Shown here: positions 40,858-51,397 of the stretch, one piece after another
Layout: each line of letters opens with the position of its first letter
Numbering within the stretch: the stretch's first letter is position 1
Assembly (NCBI GenBank): GCA_049971805.1
Contig: JBMFKU010000004.1
Span: forward strand, 18,462 to 82,461
Length of the DNA stretch: 64,000 nt
Reading direction: 5' to 3'
DNA from: Caldisphaera sp.
Lineage (GTDB): Archaea > Thermoproteota > Thermoprotei_A > Sulfolobales > Acidilobaceae
Program-made: the position numbers and the translations under genes
Notes under the pieces: model-generated
Told to the model about the DNA's origin: nothing
Databases searched by the model: none
Seen by the model: only the letters and a program-made list of their open reading frames with translations

Positions 40858-40968
40858 TTTTATTTTGAAAAAATATATAAGATATAATCTTTTAAGATGC
40901 TTTATAAGCAATGAAGAGCATTATTAAAGCTCGATAAAATATTTACAAAAAAGAACAGGGAATAGAAA

Positions 40969-41778
40969 ATGAAATGGATTAACCCAAGGATAGAATACAT
41001 AGGTGATATAGCTATAATAAAGGTTCCATTTAATGTAATATATAAAAATGAGGATATATTATCTTTAGCAGAAGATATATTAAAGAAATATAAATTTATA
41101 AAATCTGTATGGCTTGCAGCTTCACCTGTTAAAGGTGAGTTAAAAATAAGGGATTTTATTCATTTATTGGGAGAAAATAGATCAACCACGATTTATAAGG
41201 AACATAATTGTTTATTTAGATTAGATATAAAGAAGGTCTTTATAACGCCTAGATTAAGTTATGAGCATTTAAGGATAGCAAATCTTGTGAAGGAAAACGA
41301 GAGAATAGTAAATATGTTTGCTGGTGTCGGCTTATTCTCTATAATTATAGCAAAAAAATCAAAGCCAAAGATTGTTCATAGCATTGATATAAATCCTGAA
41401 GCATATAATTACATGAAAGAAAACATAAACTTAAACAAGGTTAATGATATTGTAATACCATATGTTGGTGATGCAAAAGATGTTATTGAGGAAAATTTAA
41501 TAGATTCTGCAGATAGAGTTTTAATGCCATTACCTGATTTAGCTTTGCCATATTTAAAATATGCTGTTCTTGCATTGAATAAGGAAGGATACATACATAT
41601 TTATTTGCATATAAAGGCAAATAAGTTGCAAGATCCTATAACTATATCTAACGAACAAGTTATAAATGCTCTAAATAATTTTAACATAGAATATAAACTA
41701 ATCAATTCAAAAATAGTGAGAACTGTTGGCCCAAGATTTTATCAGGTGGTTATAGATGTCTACGCAAAAAAACATTAA
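40969..41778 (+). CDS. tRNA methyltransferase Trm5a/Taw2-type (wyosine pathway), lacking the D1 domain
   Basis: IGDIAI, YKEH.C.F, MFAGVG, DINP and RVLMPLP. Confidence 0.82.
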   Translation: MKWINPRIEYIGDIAIIKVPFNVIYKNEDILSLAEDILKKYKFIKSVWLAASPVKGELKIRDFIHLLGENRSTTIYKEHNCLFRLDIKKVFITPRLSYEHLRIANLVKENERIVNMFAGVGLFSIIIAKKSKPKIVHSIDINPEAYNYMKENINLNKVNDIVIPYVGDAKDVIEENLIDSADRVLMPLPDLALPYLKYAVLALNKEGYIHIYLHIKANKLQDPITISNEQVINALNNFNIEYKLINSKIVRTVGPRFYQVVIDVYAKKH

Positions 41779-42319
41779 AGAAATTTTATTGCTAGAAAGA
41801 ATCATTGGCTATCTAGATCCATTTGCTGAAGAGTACCTTATAAAATTAAATAATAATGAAATTTCCACATCGAGCAGTTGCATGGGAAGAATAACAGTAA
41901 TTGAAGGTAAATGGCATTGGGAAAGAAATAGAGCCAGAATAGTCTTGAAATCTCATAAACCTATAACAATTTATGATTTATCAAATGTAATAGTTAGACC
42001 ATTTGATAACTTGTGGTTAAAGGTTACAGGCCCAATTATACATTTAAAGACAAATAAAATTAGCTGCGCATTTTTAATTTTAGATTCAGCAAGAAAATCA
42101 GGCTTTAAGCACAGCGGAATTTTTTCAAATTCAAATGGCTTATATACTGTTGAATTGCTAAGTGCAATTCAAATAGCCATGCCATTAAAAATAAATAATA
42201 CGTATACAATAAATCCAAGTTCATTAAATAACGTTATAGAAATTGCTAATAATGCTTTACTGGAAGGGCATAGAAGGTTAAACAAGTTGGTAGAATTAAC
42301 AAGTGAAATTAATTGTTAG
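41756..42319 (+). CDS. taw3: tRNA(Phe) wyosine methyltransferase Taw3/TYW3
   Basis: YLD, STSSSCMGRI, KSH, PIIH and SGFKHSG. Confidence 0.88.
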   Translation: MSTQKNIKEILLLERIIGYLDPFAEEYLIKLNNNEISTSSSCMGRITVIEGKWHWERNRARIVLKSHKPITIYDLSNVIVRPFDNLWLKVTGPIIHLKTNKISCAFLILDSARKSGFKHSGIFSNSNGLYTVELLSAIQIAMPLKINNTYTINPSSLNNVIEIANNALLEGHRRLNKLVELTSEINC

Positions 42320-43334
42320 ATCTTTTCTTGGACTCTACATTTCTTTTATAGGCTAATATCGGATGTTTAGCTCCGCAATCCATAGGACATAAATTTTTCT
42401 TTTTCATTACATCGCATCTGTAAGGATTTAAATTCTCCATGCCTAAAAATGAATTTGTAATTCTTTTTGATAAATTGTTTGATATTCCTAAAGAAGATTC
42501 CAAGACATTGCTTATTTCATCCTCGTCTACTCCTATAGATATTAGAAATGATATGTATAATAGTAACTTTTCATGATTTATATTACTTCCATTGTCTATT
42601 TCTTTTTTTATGGCCTTCATGCAAGGTGGAAAGCTGTTATAGTCCGTTTTTTCTCCTGTTGGTATTTTATTTTCAGCAATCTTAAGATATCTTGTTATAT
42701 TATTTCCTAATTCTTTTAATTCTTCGTTGTTTATCTCAATATTGTTTGCAAATGATTTTATTTTAGTTATTATTGCTATTTCTAAAAAATCTTTAAGTAA
42801 GCTTTCATCTAGATATACATTGCCATTCATTAAAAAGGAATTCACTAATCTAAATTTACTTTCCTGGCCATTAACTGATATTCTTAAATAGCTATCTAAT
42901 CTAACAGAATATTGCAATGTACGATATCTTACATTGCCTTGCTTTGTTCGTATCCAAGGGATTTTTATGGGCCTTTTTTCTATAATAACTCCTAATGACT
43001 TTGCTAGTGAAATTAATGTTTCTTCATCTTCATTGGCTATAAATGTGCTTGCTCTGTTTGCTTCCGCATTTGCAAATAAATTTAATGCTATTATGGAGTT
43101 TGTTGTTTTAATGCCTCCTAACGCTAAATAAAACGATAGGACTTCATCCTCAGTCGAATCTCCATTTTTTAAGGGACTAATTTTCTTAGTTATACCTTCT
43201 TCTAATCTTTTCTTAGTTATTCTTACTATCCTTTCATTTTCCATAAGAGATTCCAAGCTTATTTTATAGCCAAGATTGCTCTTAACGTATTCATCAAGCG
43301 ATATTGCAAATGGGTACTTGCTATATGTAAGCAT
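42309..43334 (-). CDS. priL: DNA primase large subunit
   Basis: KYPF N-terminus, RLVN...NG.VYL and Fe-S Cys motifs FPPCM...YRC..M....LCP..C. Confidence 0.85.
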   Translation of the reverse strand: MLTYSKYPFAISLDEYVKSNLGYKISLESLMENERIVRITKKRLEEGITKKISPLKNGDSTEDEVLSFYLALGGIKTTNSIIALNLFANAEANRASTFIANEDEETLISLAKSLGVIIEKRPIKIPWIRTKQGNVRYRTLQYSVRLDSYLRISVNGQESKFRLVNSFLMNGNVYLDESLLKDFLEIAIITKIKSFANNIEINNEELKELGNNITRYLKIAENKIPTGEKTDYNSFPPCMKAIKKEIDNGSNINHEKLLLYISFLISIGVDEDEISNVLESSLGISNNLSKRITNSFLGMENLNPYRCDVMKKKNLCPMDCGAKHPILAYKRNVESKKRSNN

Positions 43335-43436
43335 TTTTCTTCATATATAATATTTTGTTCAAGGTTTAAGAAAACTTCGGTTATTATAGTTATTTAATGA
43401 CTATAAATATTAATATAGGAAAAATTATTTATTATT

Positions 43437-44840
43437 TTGGTGAGAAAGGTGACTTCTTATAGAGATCTTTCGGAAAGAATAGCAGATTGGGCTGTTAATT
43501 TATCATATGAAAAGCTACCCAAGGAGGTTATTGAGGAAACCAAAAAAAGGATTTTAGATACATTTGGTGTAGCAATAGGCGCATTTTATGAGAAGCCTGT
43601 AAGCATAGCAAGATGGCTGGCAGAATCATCATCAAGTTCTAGAATAGCAGCAACTATTTGGGGAACAGATAGAACAGCACCTGCAGATCATGCAGATTTT
43701 GCTAATGGGTGCGCCAATAGATATTTTGATTTTATGGATACCTATTTATCAAAAGAAGCATTACATCCAAGTGATAATATACCAGCTATCATAGCTGCCG
43801 CTGAGATAGCTAAGGCTGATGGGAAAAAAGTGATTGAAGGTATTGTTGCAGCATACGAAGTTACTGCTAGATTGGCAGATGCTTATAGCGTAAGAAGTAA
43901 AGGATGGGATCATGTGGTATATATAGCAATAGCTTCTGCTGTTGGTGCAGGAAAGGTTCTTGGGTTAAATAAAGAAGGGATTTTACAAGCAATAAATTTA
44001 GCAACAGTTAATGCAACTGCTTTAAGGCAGACAAGGGCTGGAGAGCTTAGCATGTGGAAAGGATGTGCAGCAGCAAACTCGTCTAGAAATGGTCTGTTTG
44101 CAGCTATCCTGGCCATGCAGGGTATGAAGGGTCCCTCACCTATCTTTTCTGGAGAATTTGGATTCTTTAGAGTTGCTCTAAATGGAGACAAGTTTGATAT
44201 ACCAAAAATGGGTGGAGAAAATGGAGAGCCATTTAAAATTTTAGAGACGAGTATAAAATATTGGCCTGTTGAATATCATGCTATGAGCGCTGTTGATGCA
44301 GCACTTAAAATAAAGGAAAAAGCTGGAAGCTTGACACCAAAGGACATTAAGAAAGTTGATGTAAAGACTTTCCAAGTTTCATATAATATAATTGTAAAGG
44401 ATCCAGAAAAATGGGATCCGAAGACAAGAGAGACTGCAGATCATAGCCTACCATATATAATAGCTGTTGCACTTTTAGATGGGAATGTATGGTTAACAAC
44501 ATTTCATGAAGAAAGATACTTAGCTAAAGATGTTAGAGAAGTACTTTCAAAGATGAAAGTAGAGGTAGATCCCGAGCATGATAAATTCTATCCTACTGGG
44601 ATTAAGAATACAATAAAGGTTGAGTTAAGCGATGGAAGAGTATTCGAAGAAAGCAGTACATACCCACCAGGTCATTTTAAAAATCCATTAAGCAGGGAAG
44701 GTGTTGTTAATAAATTCAAGAAGGTTACTGAAGGCAAGCTGTATGAAAATAATGTAAATAAGCTAATAGATATTGTATGGAATCTAGAAAATTGTATGAA
44801 TATAAGTAAAGCTTTGGGTCTACTCAAAATTAAATCGTAA
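43437..44840 (+). CDS. prpD: MmgE/PrpD family 2-methylcitrate dehydratase
   Basis: RYFDFMDTY, HPSD, LSMWKG, WPVEYH and RETADHSLPY. Confidence 0.9.
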   Translation: MVRKVTSYRDLSERIADWAVNLSYEKLPKEVIEETKKRILDTFGVAIGAFYEKPVSIARWLAESSSSSRIAATIWGTDRTAPADHADFANGCANRYFDFMDTYLSKEALHPSDNIPAIIAAAEIAKADGKKVIEGIVAAYEVTARLADAYSVRSKGWDHVVYIAIASAVGAGKVLGLNKEGILQAINLATVNATALRQTRAGELSMWKGCAAANSSRNGLFAAILAMQGMKGPSPIFSGEFGFFRVALNGDKFDIPKMGGENGEPFKILETSIKYWPVEYHAMSAVDAALKIKEKAGSLTPKDIKKVDVKTFQVSYNIIVKDPEKWDPKTRETADHSLPYIIAVALLDGNVWLTTFHEERYLAKDVREVLSKMKVEVDPEHDKFYPTGIKNTIKVELSDGRVFEESSTYPPGHFKNPLSREGVVNKFKKVTEGKLYENNVNKLIDIVWNLENCMNISKALGLLKIKS

Positions 44841-45062
44841 TAAATATTATTGTTTTTATTTTAATAGCTTTTTATATCAAAAATTTTTCTAGCAAAATGT
44901 AAAATCTTGTTTTTAATTATATAAAAAAGAATTATAAGAATTAAGTAACTTAAATATTTATAGAGAGGATTTCTGATTACTTTTTTAAATGAAAGGTTGT
45001 TATTTAATGGATGAAAACTTCCTATTTAAAGATAATTTGTTCTTTATGAAATAGAAATTAGA

Positions 45063-46268
45063 TTATTTACCTTTCTTACCTTGTTTTTTACCTCCTTTTG
45101 TAACTGTAGTTTCTATAGGTTTTGGTTTTAGTAAAAACCCTCCTCCAAGAACTCCTATTACAATACCTAATATAAATAATCCTATAGAGACTTCGCCGTT
45201 TTTATGCAGTCTGGTGGAATATTGACCTAATTGATAGCTAGTTTCATTATATCTAACCTGCCAATAACTTACTAGACCTTGTAATTCCCCTAGCCTAGTT
45301 GTTAAGTTATTAATAGTATTGTTTAGTGATGTAATCTTGCTTATATATGAGTTTATGTTGCTTTGATAATTTATAAGGTTTGTGATATTTTGATATATAT
45401 TAGGATCTATTTGAGATACAATATCTAATGAATTTGTTAGACTAATAAGTTCTGGATTAAATGGTATTCCGTATAAATTAAAGGCAAGGCTGTATTGGTT
45501 TGGTTTGTTCAATGTAATATTTTGTATATCAACAATTAAATAAGAAACCCCTGTTTCTTGAGAAGTTCCATTTAAAAAGCCTTTAAAAAATTGTAAAGAT
45601 GAAAATGTTGGTGTAACAAGATTTAGACCTACTATTTCATTATTTAAGGAATTTTCTGAACCTATTAATGTAACCTTACTTATGTTGTTTATAATAGTTG
45701 AACTATTTGAATTAATTGTATAACTTAATATACTATTTGAAATATATTGGCTGACAAAAGTCCAATTAGTTTTTGGTAAATTAACTCCTAAGCCTAAATA
45801 TAAATCCTTTATAAAGGTTTCATTCTCATTAGAAATAAGGCTTAATTTATATGTTAAGTATGGGTAATAGGAGCTTGCAGTTATATAGACTTTAATAGAA
45901 ATATTGTTTGTTAAATTCATAGGTGTTAACATTATTTCTGCAAAATTTGAACTCTTTTCTATCAAATATGCTTCCCATCGTTTATTATATAATTCCCCAG
46001 GTAATGTTGAATTAATAGATAATATTAAAGAGGGAACTTGATTGCTATTGCTGACCAATTGAACTTTACCATTTTGGGTGTTGATTAACCAACTTGATAT
46101 GCTACCTCCTTTCAAAAGGTTTAATGTTATATTATAATAGTTATTTGTGATGGTAACAGTTGTGTTTGTTACAGTAACGCTTAATGAGGGAATTGATTGT
46201 GCATATGAAATGCTTCCCATTAAAGGGATTATAATAATTGCCAGCAGTATCAATGCTCGTATTTTCAT
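45063..46268 (-). CDS. Membrane-anchored surface glycoprotein, SlaB-like architecture
   Basis: Signal peptide, N/S/T-rich beta region, coiled coil, C-terminal TM and Lys-rich tail. Confidence 0.55.
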   Translation of the reverse strand: MKIRALILLAIIIIPLMGSISYAQSIPSLSVTVTNTTVTITNNYYNITLNLLKGGSISSWLINTQNGKVQLVSNSNQVPSLILSINSTLPGELYNKRWEAYLIEKSSNFAEIMLTPMNLTNNISIKVYITASSYYPYLTYKLSLISNENETFIKDLYLGLGVNLPKTNWTFVSQYISNSILSYTINSNSSTIINNISKVTLIGSENSLNNEIVGLNLVTPTFSSLQFFKGFLNGTSQETGVSYLIVDIQNITLNKPNQYSLAFNLYGIPFNPELISLTNSLDIVSQIDPNIYQNITNLINYQSNINSYISKITSLNNTINNLTTRLGELQGLVSYWQVRYNETSYQLGQYSTRLHKNGEVSIGLFILGIVIGVLGGGFLLKPKPIETTVTKGGKKQGKKGK

Positions 46269-46322
46269 ACTTTCTGCCTCCTGTCTTAGAAATTTTTAAT
46301 TACTAATTTAAGCTTAATTGAA

Positions 46323-46748
46323 TTGGACAGTGAAGAAAACATGTGCAATAATATATTTAAAGCTTCAGTATTTAGCGGAAAAAAAGAAGGAGAGTTCTTC
46401 GTTAGTATTTATGCAAAAAATTTTGAGATTGCTTTAGGTTTTATACCATATCCGGGAACACTTAATGCAAAATTATTAAGTAATTTTGAAGAGTTTGATC
46501 AATGCATTCTTAAAACAAAAAGCATTGTTGTAGATCCACCGAAAATACCTGGTATGAAATTAGGTAAGGTGATCGCATATCCAATATTTCTATTTAATTC
46601 AATAAAGGCATACGTTGTTAGACCAGAGATCACAATATATAGAAAAGACATTGTTGAAATTATTTCAGATAAGAAATTGAGAGACGAGCTTAATTTAGTG
46701 GATGGATCGATAATTGATATAAGCCTGCAAGAGGAAGAACTCCTTTAG
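46323..46748 (+). CDS. ribK: CTP-dependent riboflavin kinase (no HTH)
   Basis: VFSG..EG, LGF.PYPGTLN and EIIS..KLRD.L.L.DG. Confidence 0.88.
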   Translation: MDSEENMCNNIFKASVFSGKKEGEFFVSIYAKNFEIALGFIPYPGTLNAKLLSNFEEFDQCILKTKSIVVDPPKIPGMKLGKVIAYPIFLFNSIKAYVVRPEITIYRKDIVEIISDKKLRDELNLVDGSIIDISLQEEELL

Positions 46749-46816
46749 GTATAAGAGATATAAATACGAATGGCTTAAAGAGAATATTTTAATACTTTCT
46801 TTAGAGAATATAATAT

Positions 46817-48061
46817 ATGGTGAAAAATTTGGATTTTGATTTATCGGTAGATGAGAAGCTGTTTAAAGAATCCGTTCATGAATTCTTGTCTAAAACATTA
46901 AATCCTCATTGGATAAAAATGGATAGTGAAAAACGAATTCCAACAGAAATTATAAATAAAATGGGAGAGCAAGGTTTGTTTGCAATTCCAGTTCCGGAAG
47001 AATATGGAGGCCAAGGAGGTAATTTTGTCTTGGCCGCCTTAGCTGTTGAAGAAGTTGCATATAATGATCCAGCTGTTGCAACTGCTGTATTTACATTGCT
47101 AAATAATAGTTGGCCTTTATTGTTATATCAATTCGGTAAAGAAGAGGCTAAACAAGAAATACTACCATTAGTCGGCAAAGGAAGAGGGTTTTTTGGTATT
47201 GCCTCTACAGAGTCAAGCGGAGGAAGCGATGTAGCAGGAGAAAGGACTTTAGCTAAAAAAGAAGGAAACTTGTATAAATTAAATGGTGAAAAAATTTATA
47301 TTAGCGGAGTAAGAGAAGCTATAGAGCAATTAGAATTAGGAAGCTGGTTTTTAATAGCAAGAACAGGTAAGCCTGAGGATAAGCATAGAGGTTTGACCTC
47401 TTTTGCATTTATAGGCAATAAAAATGGGAAAAAAGCCCAAGGATTGGATTATTCTATTTTAAACACTATTGGTAGGCATGCAATCTCTACGGGTATGTTG
47501 AGATTTAATGATACTCCTGTTGAGCAAAAATATATAATAGGAGATGAAAATAAAGGCTATTATTTGGCCATGCAAGGCTTTTCTATGGCAAGAGTTTTGG
47601 TAAGCGCTGCAAACATAGGAGCGGCTCAATGGGCATTAGAACAAGCAGTTCAATATTCAAGGGAAAGGAGAATGTTTGGGGATAAACCAATAGCATCATT
47701 TCAAGGAGTAAGTTTTCCCATCGCTGAAATAGCTGCTAAATTAGAATCTACCAGATTATTGATTTATAAATCTGCTCAACTTGCTGATAAAATATTTATT
47801 AAAAAAGAACCTGGCTTCAGGCCTCAAGATTTAAATTATTGGGCGTCAGCATCTAAAATTATGGCTATAGAAACAGCTTTTGCCTCTATAGAAACTGCCA
47901 TGAAAACGCTTGGAGGATATTCATATACAGAAGAGGCAAATGTATTTAGGAATTTGCTAGGGATATTGTCTTATCTAGTAGGTGCTGAAGGTTCTCAAAA
48001 CATAATGAGATACATTGTTGCAAGAGAAGTAATAGGAAGGGATTATGTAAAGGGAGAATAA
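46817..48061 (+). CDS. Acyl-CoA dehydrogenase
   Basis: PEEYGG, TES.GGSD, LNGEKIYIS, R.MFG..IASFQ and GG..Y...EG. Confidence 0.93.
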   Translation: MVKNLDFDLSVDEKLFKESVHEFLSKTLNPHWIKMDSEKRIPTEIINKMGEQGLFAIPVPEEYGGQGGNFVLAALAVEEVAYNDPAVATAVFTLLNNSWPLLLYQFGKEEAKQEILPLVGKGRGFFGIASTESSGGSDVAGERTLAKKEGNLYKLNGEKIYISGVREAIEQLELGSWFLIARTGKPEDKHRGLTSFAFIGNKNGKKAQGLDYSILNTIGRHAISTGMLRFNDTPVEQKYIIGDENKGYYLAMQGFSMARVLVSAANIGAAQWALEQAVQYSRERRMFGDKPIASFQGVSFPIAEIAAKLESTRLLIYKSAQLADKIFIKKEPGFRPQDLNYWASASKIMAIETAFASIETAMKTLGGYSYTEEANVFRNLLGILSYLVGAEGSQNIMRYIVAREVIGRDYVKGE

Positions 48062-48065
48062 ATAC

Positions 48066-48431
48066 TTATTTGCAATAAGATTTCGTTAATTCATCTATAA
48101 TATCCTTGCATTTTTCTATTTTTTCTTTTGCATATGTTGATCCATGCTCAGATGCTTCTTTAAGCCCTTCTAATGCTTTGCATATCAATTGGTTCAAAGA
48201 GATTTTAAATAACTTTATATCATTATCTTTAATTTTTAATTGGGTTGTTTGAAAAAATGGTAGATAATCATTTATAGAATATGACCTTATGAAAATTCCA
48301 TCCGAATTCAATATCAATTTTTTATTGCTTCCTATATTATGCGATACTTCATATTCCCCTGCTGGTGGTGCTAAGCATATAGCTAGCTCAATATCTGATT
48401 TTTTATCACATGGGCATTTCACACTTGACAC
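48066..48431 (-). CDS. Hypothetical Cys-containing protein
   Basis: 121 aa ORF with six Cys. Confidence 0.6.
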   Translation of the reverse strand: MSSVKCPCDKKSDIELAICLAPPAGEYEVSHNIGSNKKLILNSDGIFIRSYSINDYLPFFQTTQLKIKDNDIKLFKISLNQLICKALEGLKEASEHGSTYAKEKIEKCKDIIDELTKSYCK

Positions 48432-48751
48432 CTATTTTTTTGTTTATATTTTAAGGTTTATTAAAATGGAGTTAATAAGAATGGTTTAATCAAATCGAAG
48501 CCATTTTATAAATATTTATAAAAATAAATAATTAATATAGTTTAACTTTTTATACTTCATTCATATTATTGATCTTGGAATTAAATAGTATATGGCCTGC
48601 TCAGCTCATATATGAGTAAACTTTAGATTAAAAAACCAGAAATGATAACGATCATTTTTCTTATATTCGTCGATTGTCTATTCTTATGTAGGCAAATGAC
48701 GATATATTTTTATAGGGAGAAAACAAAAGTTATGGGCGAAGGTGTTAGTAT

Positions 48752-49807
48752 TTGGTTAGTCCAAAAGCAGGCATTCATGGCTGGGGAGTTTATGTACCAA
48801 TCTATAGATTGCCATTATTTGAAATAGCAAGAGTATGGGGATGGCATCAGGACCAATATAAAGGGTTGGCTGTTGATGAAAAATCGGTTGCTGGTCCTGA
48901 CGAAGATTCTGTAACTATGGGATATGAAGCTGCAAGCAATGCAATACAAAGAGCAAAAATACCATCTAATAAAATTGGCGCAATATTTTTTGGGACTGAA
49001 TCAAAGCCGTATGCGGTAAAGCCAAGTGCAACAATAATAGGAGAAGCCTTGGGCATAACTCCATATACAATGGCAAGTGATCTTGAGTTTGCTTGCAGAG
49101 CTGCGAGTGAAGGTATGAGATCATTAATAGGAATGGTAAGTTCCAATTTGATAGAATATGGTCTAGTTATTGGTAGCGATACAGCACAATCTAATCCAGG
49201 GGATGTTCTTGAATTCACTGCCTCTAGCGGTGCTGCCGCTTTTATAATTGGACCTACAAAGAATGCTGCCGCAGTTATAGAAGACTCGACCAGTTTTATT
49301 ACAGACACGCCAGATTTTTGGAGAAGAGCTTCACAGCCTTATCCCTTGCATGGCGAAGGATTCACTGGGGAGCCTGCATATTTCTACCATATTGAAAATT
49401 CTGTGAAAATATTGCTTGAAAGAAATGGATTGACGCCAAAAGACTTTGATTATGTTATATTTCATCAGCCAAACGGTAAATTCCCTGTTAAAGTAGGTAC
49501 GGATCTAGGATTTAATATCGATCAAATCAAGGAAGGATTAGTGACGCCTATGATAGGTAATACTTATAATGGGAGTGCTTTAATTGGTTTAGCAAAGGTA
49601 TTGGATAAGGCAAAGGCAGGACAAAGAATATTAATGGCACCATTTGGTAGTGGGGCTGGAAGCGATGCCTATTATATTACAACAACTGATATAGTTGAAG
49701 AAAGAAAAGGCTTGGCACCTATGGTAGAAGACTATTTAAATAGAAAGGTTTTGATAGACTATGCAACATATGCGAAGAGTAGGTCTATTATTCATGTAAT
49801 TAAATAA
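48752..49807 (+). CDS. Hydroxymethylglutaryl-CoA synthase (archaeal)
   Basis: DED, GTESKPYAVKP, catalytic LEFAC, FHQPN and GNTY. Confidence 0.95.
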   Translation: MVSPKAGIHGWGVYVPIYRLPLFEIARVWGWHQDQYKGLAVDEKSVAGPDEDSVTMGYEAASNAIQRAKIPSNKIGAIFFGTESKPYAVKPSATIIGEALGITPYTMASDLEFACRAASEGMRSLIGMVSSNLIEYGLVIGSDTAQSNPGDVLEFTASSGAAAFIIGPTKNAAAVIEDSTSFITDTPDFWRRASQPYPLHGEGFTGEPAYFYHIENSVKILLERNGLTPKDFDYVIFHQPNGKFPVKVGTDLGFNIDQIKEGLVTPMIGNTYNGSALIGLAKVLDKAKAGQRILMAPFGSGAGSDAYYITTTDIVEERKGLAPMVEDYLNRKVLIDYATYAKSRSIIHVIK

Positions 49808-49819
49808 GGTGATATAATA

Positions 49820-50962
49820 ATGGTAGTATACATTGAAGGAGTGGGAATGACAAAAATTGATAGACATTACGACCTCAGCTTAAAAGATTTAGCAGCGACG
49901 GCTGCTTTTAAGGCTATAGATCAGTCTGGAGGTATTGATGGTATAGATTTCTTGGTTTTTTCAAACAGTTTAGCTCCTTTACAAGATAGCCAGCTTGATA
50001 TAGCAGGTTATATTTCGACATCTTTGGGACTTAAAGGTATAAGGGCATTAAATATAGAAGCGGGAGAGGCTAGCGGTTTAGCTGCTATATCAGTTGCCAA
50101 GTCTATTTTAGAATCAAACCAGGCAGATAAGGTACTTGTTGTAGGGGGTGAAAAATTAACAGAATTTGTAACTTCAAAGACATACAGGCATTTACAAATG
50201 GTCTATGATTCTGATACAAGGTCTTTTTATAACTCAGGATTCGCTGGAGACGCTGCATTAATAATGAGATTATATATGGATACATATAATGTAGATAGAG
50301 AAATAATGTCTTACTGGCCAGCATTAATGCATTCTCATGCAAAAGAAAATCCATATGCAATGTTGAATTTTGCAATTAAACCAGAAAAAGTTTCAAAATC
50401 CCAAGTGCTGGCTGATCCTATTACATTATTAGATGCCTATCCCTTGGGAGATGGTGCTGCCGCATTGGTTTTATCAACCAAAGATATTGTAAAATCACCC
50501 TTAGCAAAAATTACTGCTATTGAGTCATCAACTGGTTATGGATCTTTCGAGCTTTCAGAAGACCCCCTAGTCTTGGATTCATTAATAGAGGCTTATAGAA
50601 GACTTTCTTCTATAGTAGATACTTCAAACATTGATTTTATTGAGATACATGACTCGTTCACGATTACAGCCCTTATGATACTTGAATCAATAGGATTGGC
50701 TAATCGTGGCAAAGCGGCCGAACTAGTGGCTCAGGGATATTTTAGTGCTGGAGGTAAAGGACCTATGGCTAATCCAAGCGGTGGATTAAAAGCAAGGGGG
50801 CATCCATTAGGAGCAACTGGTATATATCAGGTTGCTGAGTCTGCTCTTCAAGTTTCAAACAGTTTTCCAGGAGTTAAAGTAGCAAATGCTAGGAAGGGAC
50901 TTGTAGTTTCATTAAATGGATTTGGTTCTAATGCTTATGTATCGTTAATAGAGAGGGTGTAA
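49820..50962 (+). CDS. Acetoacetyl-CoA thiolase-family protein lacking the catalytic Cys
   Basis: Thiolase motifs GGEK, NPYA, DGAAA, EIHD.F and NPSGGLKARGHPLGATG; EAGEASG in place of EAACASG. Confidence 0.88.
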   Translation: MVVYIEGVGMTKIDRHYDLSLKDLAATAAFKAIDQSGGIDGIDFLVFSNSLAPLQDSQLDIAGYISTSLGLKGIRALNIEAGEASGLAAISVAKSILESNQADKVLVVGGEKLTEFVTSKTYRHLQMVYDSDTRSFYNSGFAGDAALIMRLYMDTYNVDREIMSYWPALMHSHAKENPYAMLNFAIKPEKVSKSQVLADPITLLDAYPLGDGAAALVLSTKDIVKSPLAKITAIESSTGYGSFELSEDPLVLDSLIEAYRRLSSIVDTSNIDFIEIHDSFTITALMILESIGLANRGKAAELVAQGYFSAGGKGPMANPSGGLKARGHPLGATGIYQVAESALQVSNSFPGVKVANARKGLVVSLNGFGSNAYVSLIERV

Positions 50963-50965
50963 ATA

Positions 50966-51397
50966 ATGTCAATGGATTTATCTATTTCGAGGTTTTGGAG
51001 AAAAAAGAGTATAATTTATAAACTATATGGTGCTAAATGCAAGTCTTGCGGCAGGGTTCATTACCCACCAAAAAATGCATGCCCATATTGCGGAAGTAGA
51101 GATCTAGAGCTTGTGGAATTACCGAAAAAAGGAAAGCTATTATCATTTTCTACTGTATATGCGGTTCCTGATGGTGCTAGGTTGCAGTCTCCAGTCTACA
51201 TTGGATTTATAGATCTTGGTCTAACTAGGGTCGTTGCAGAGTTAACAGATGTAGTCAACTCAAATTCATTAAAAAAAGATATGGAAGTAGAGGCTGTTTT
51301 AAGAAAATCACAAGAAGATAGAGATGCTGGTTTAATATATTATGTACTAAAGTTCAGACCATCTATGGGTGCAAAAATAGATGAGCGAAAGTATTGA
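50966..51397 (+). CDS. DUF35 Zn-ribbon/OB-fold scaffold protein
   Basis: CKSCG..YPP...CPYCG and G.IYY..KFRP; follows the thiolase. Confidence 0.92.
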   Translation: MSMDLSISRFWRKKSIIYKLYGAKCKSCGRVHYPPKNACPYCGSRDLELVELPKKGKLLSFSTVYAVPDGARLQSPVYIGFIDLGLTRVVAELTDVVNSNSLKKDMEVEAVLRKSQEDRDAGLIYYVLKFRPSMGAKIDERKY

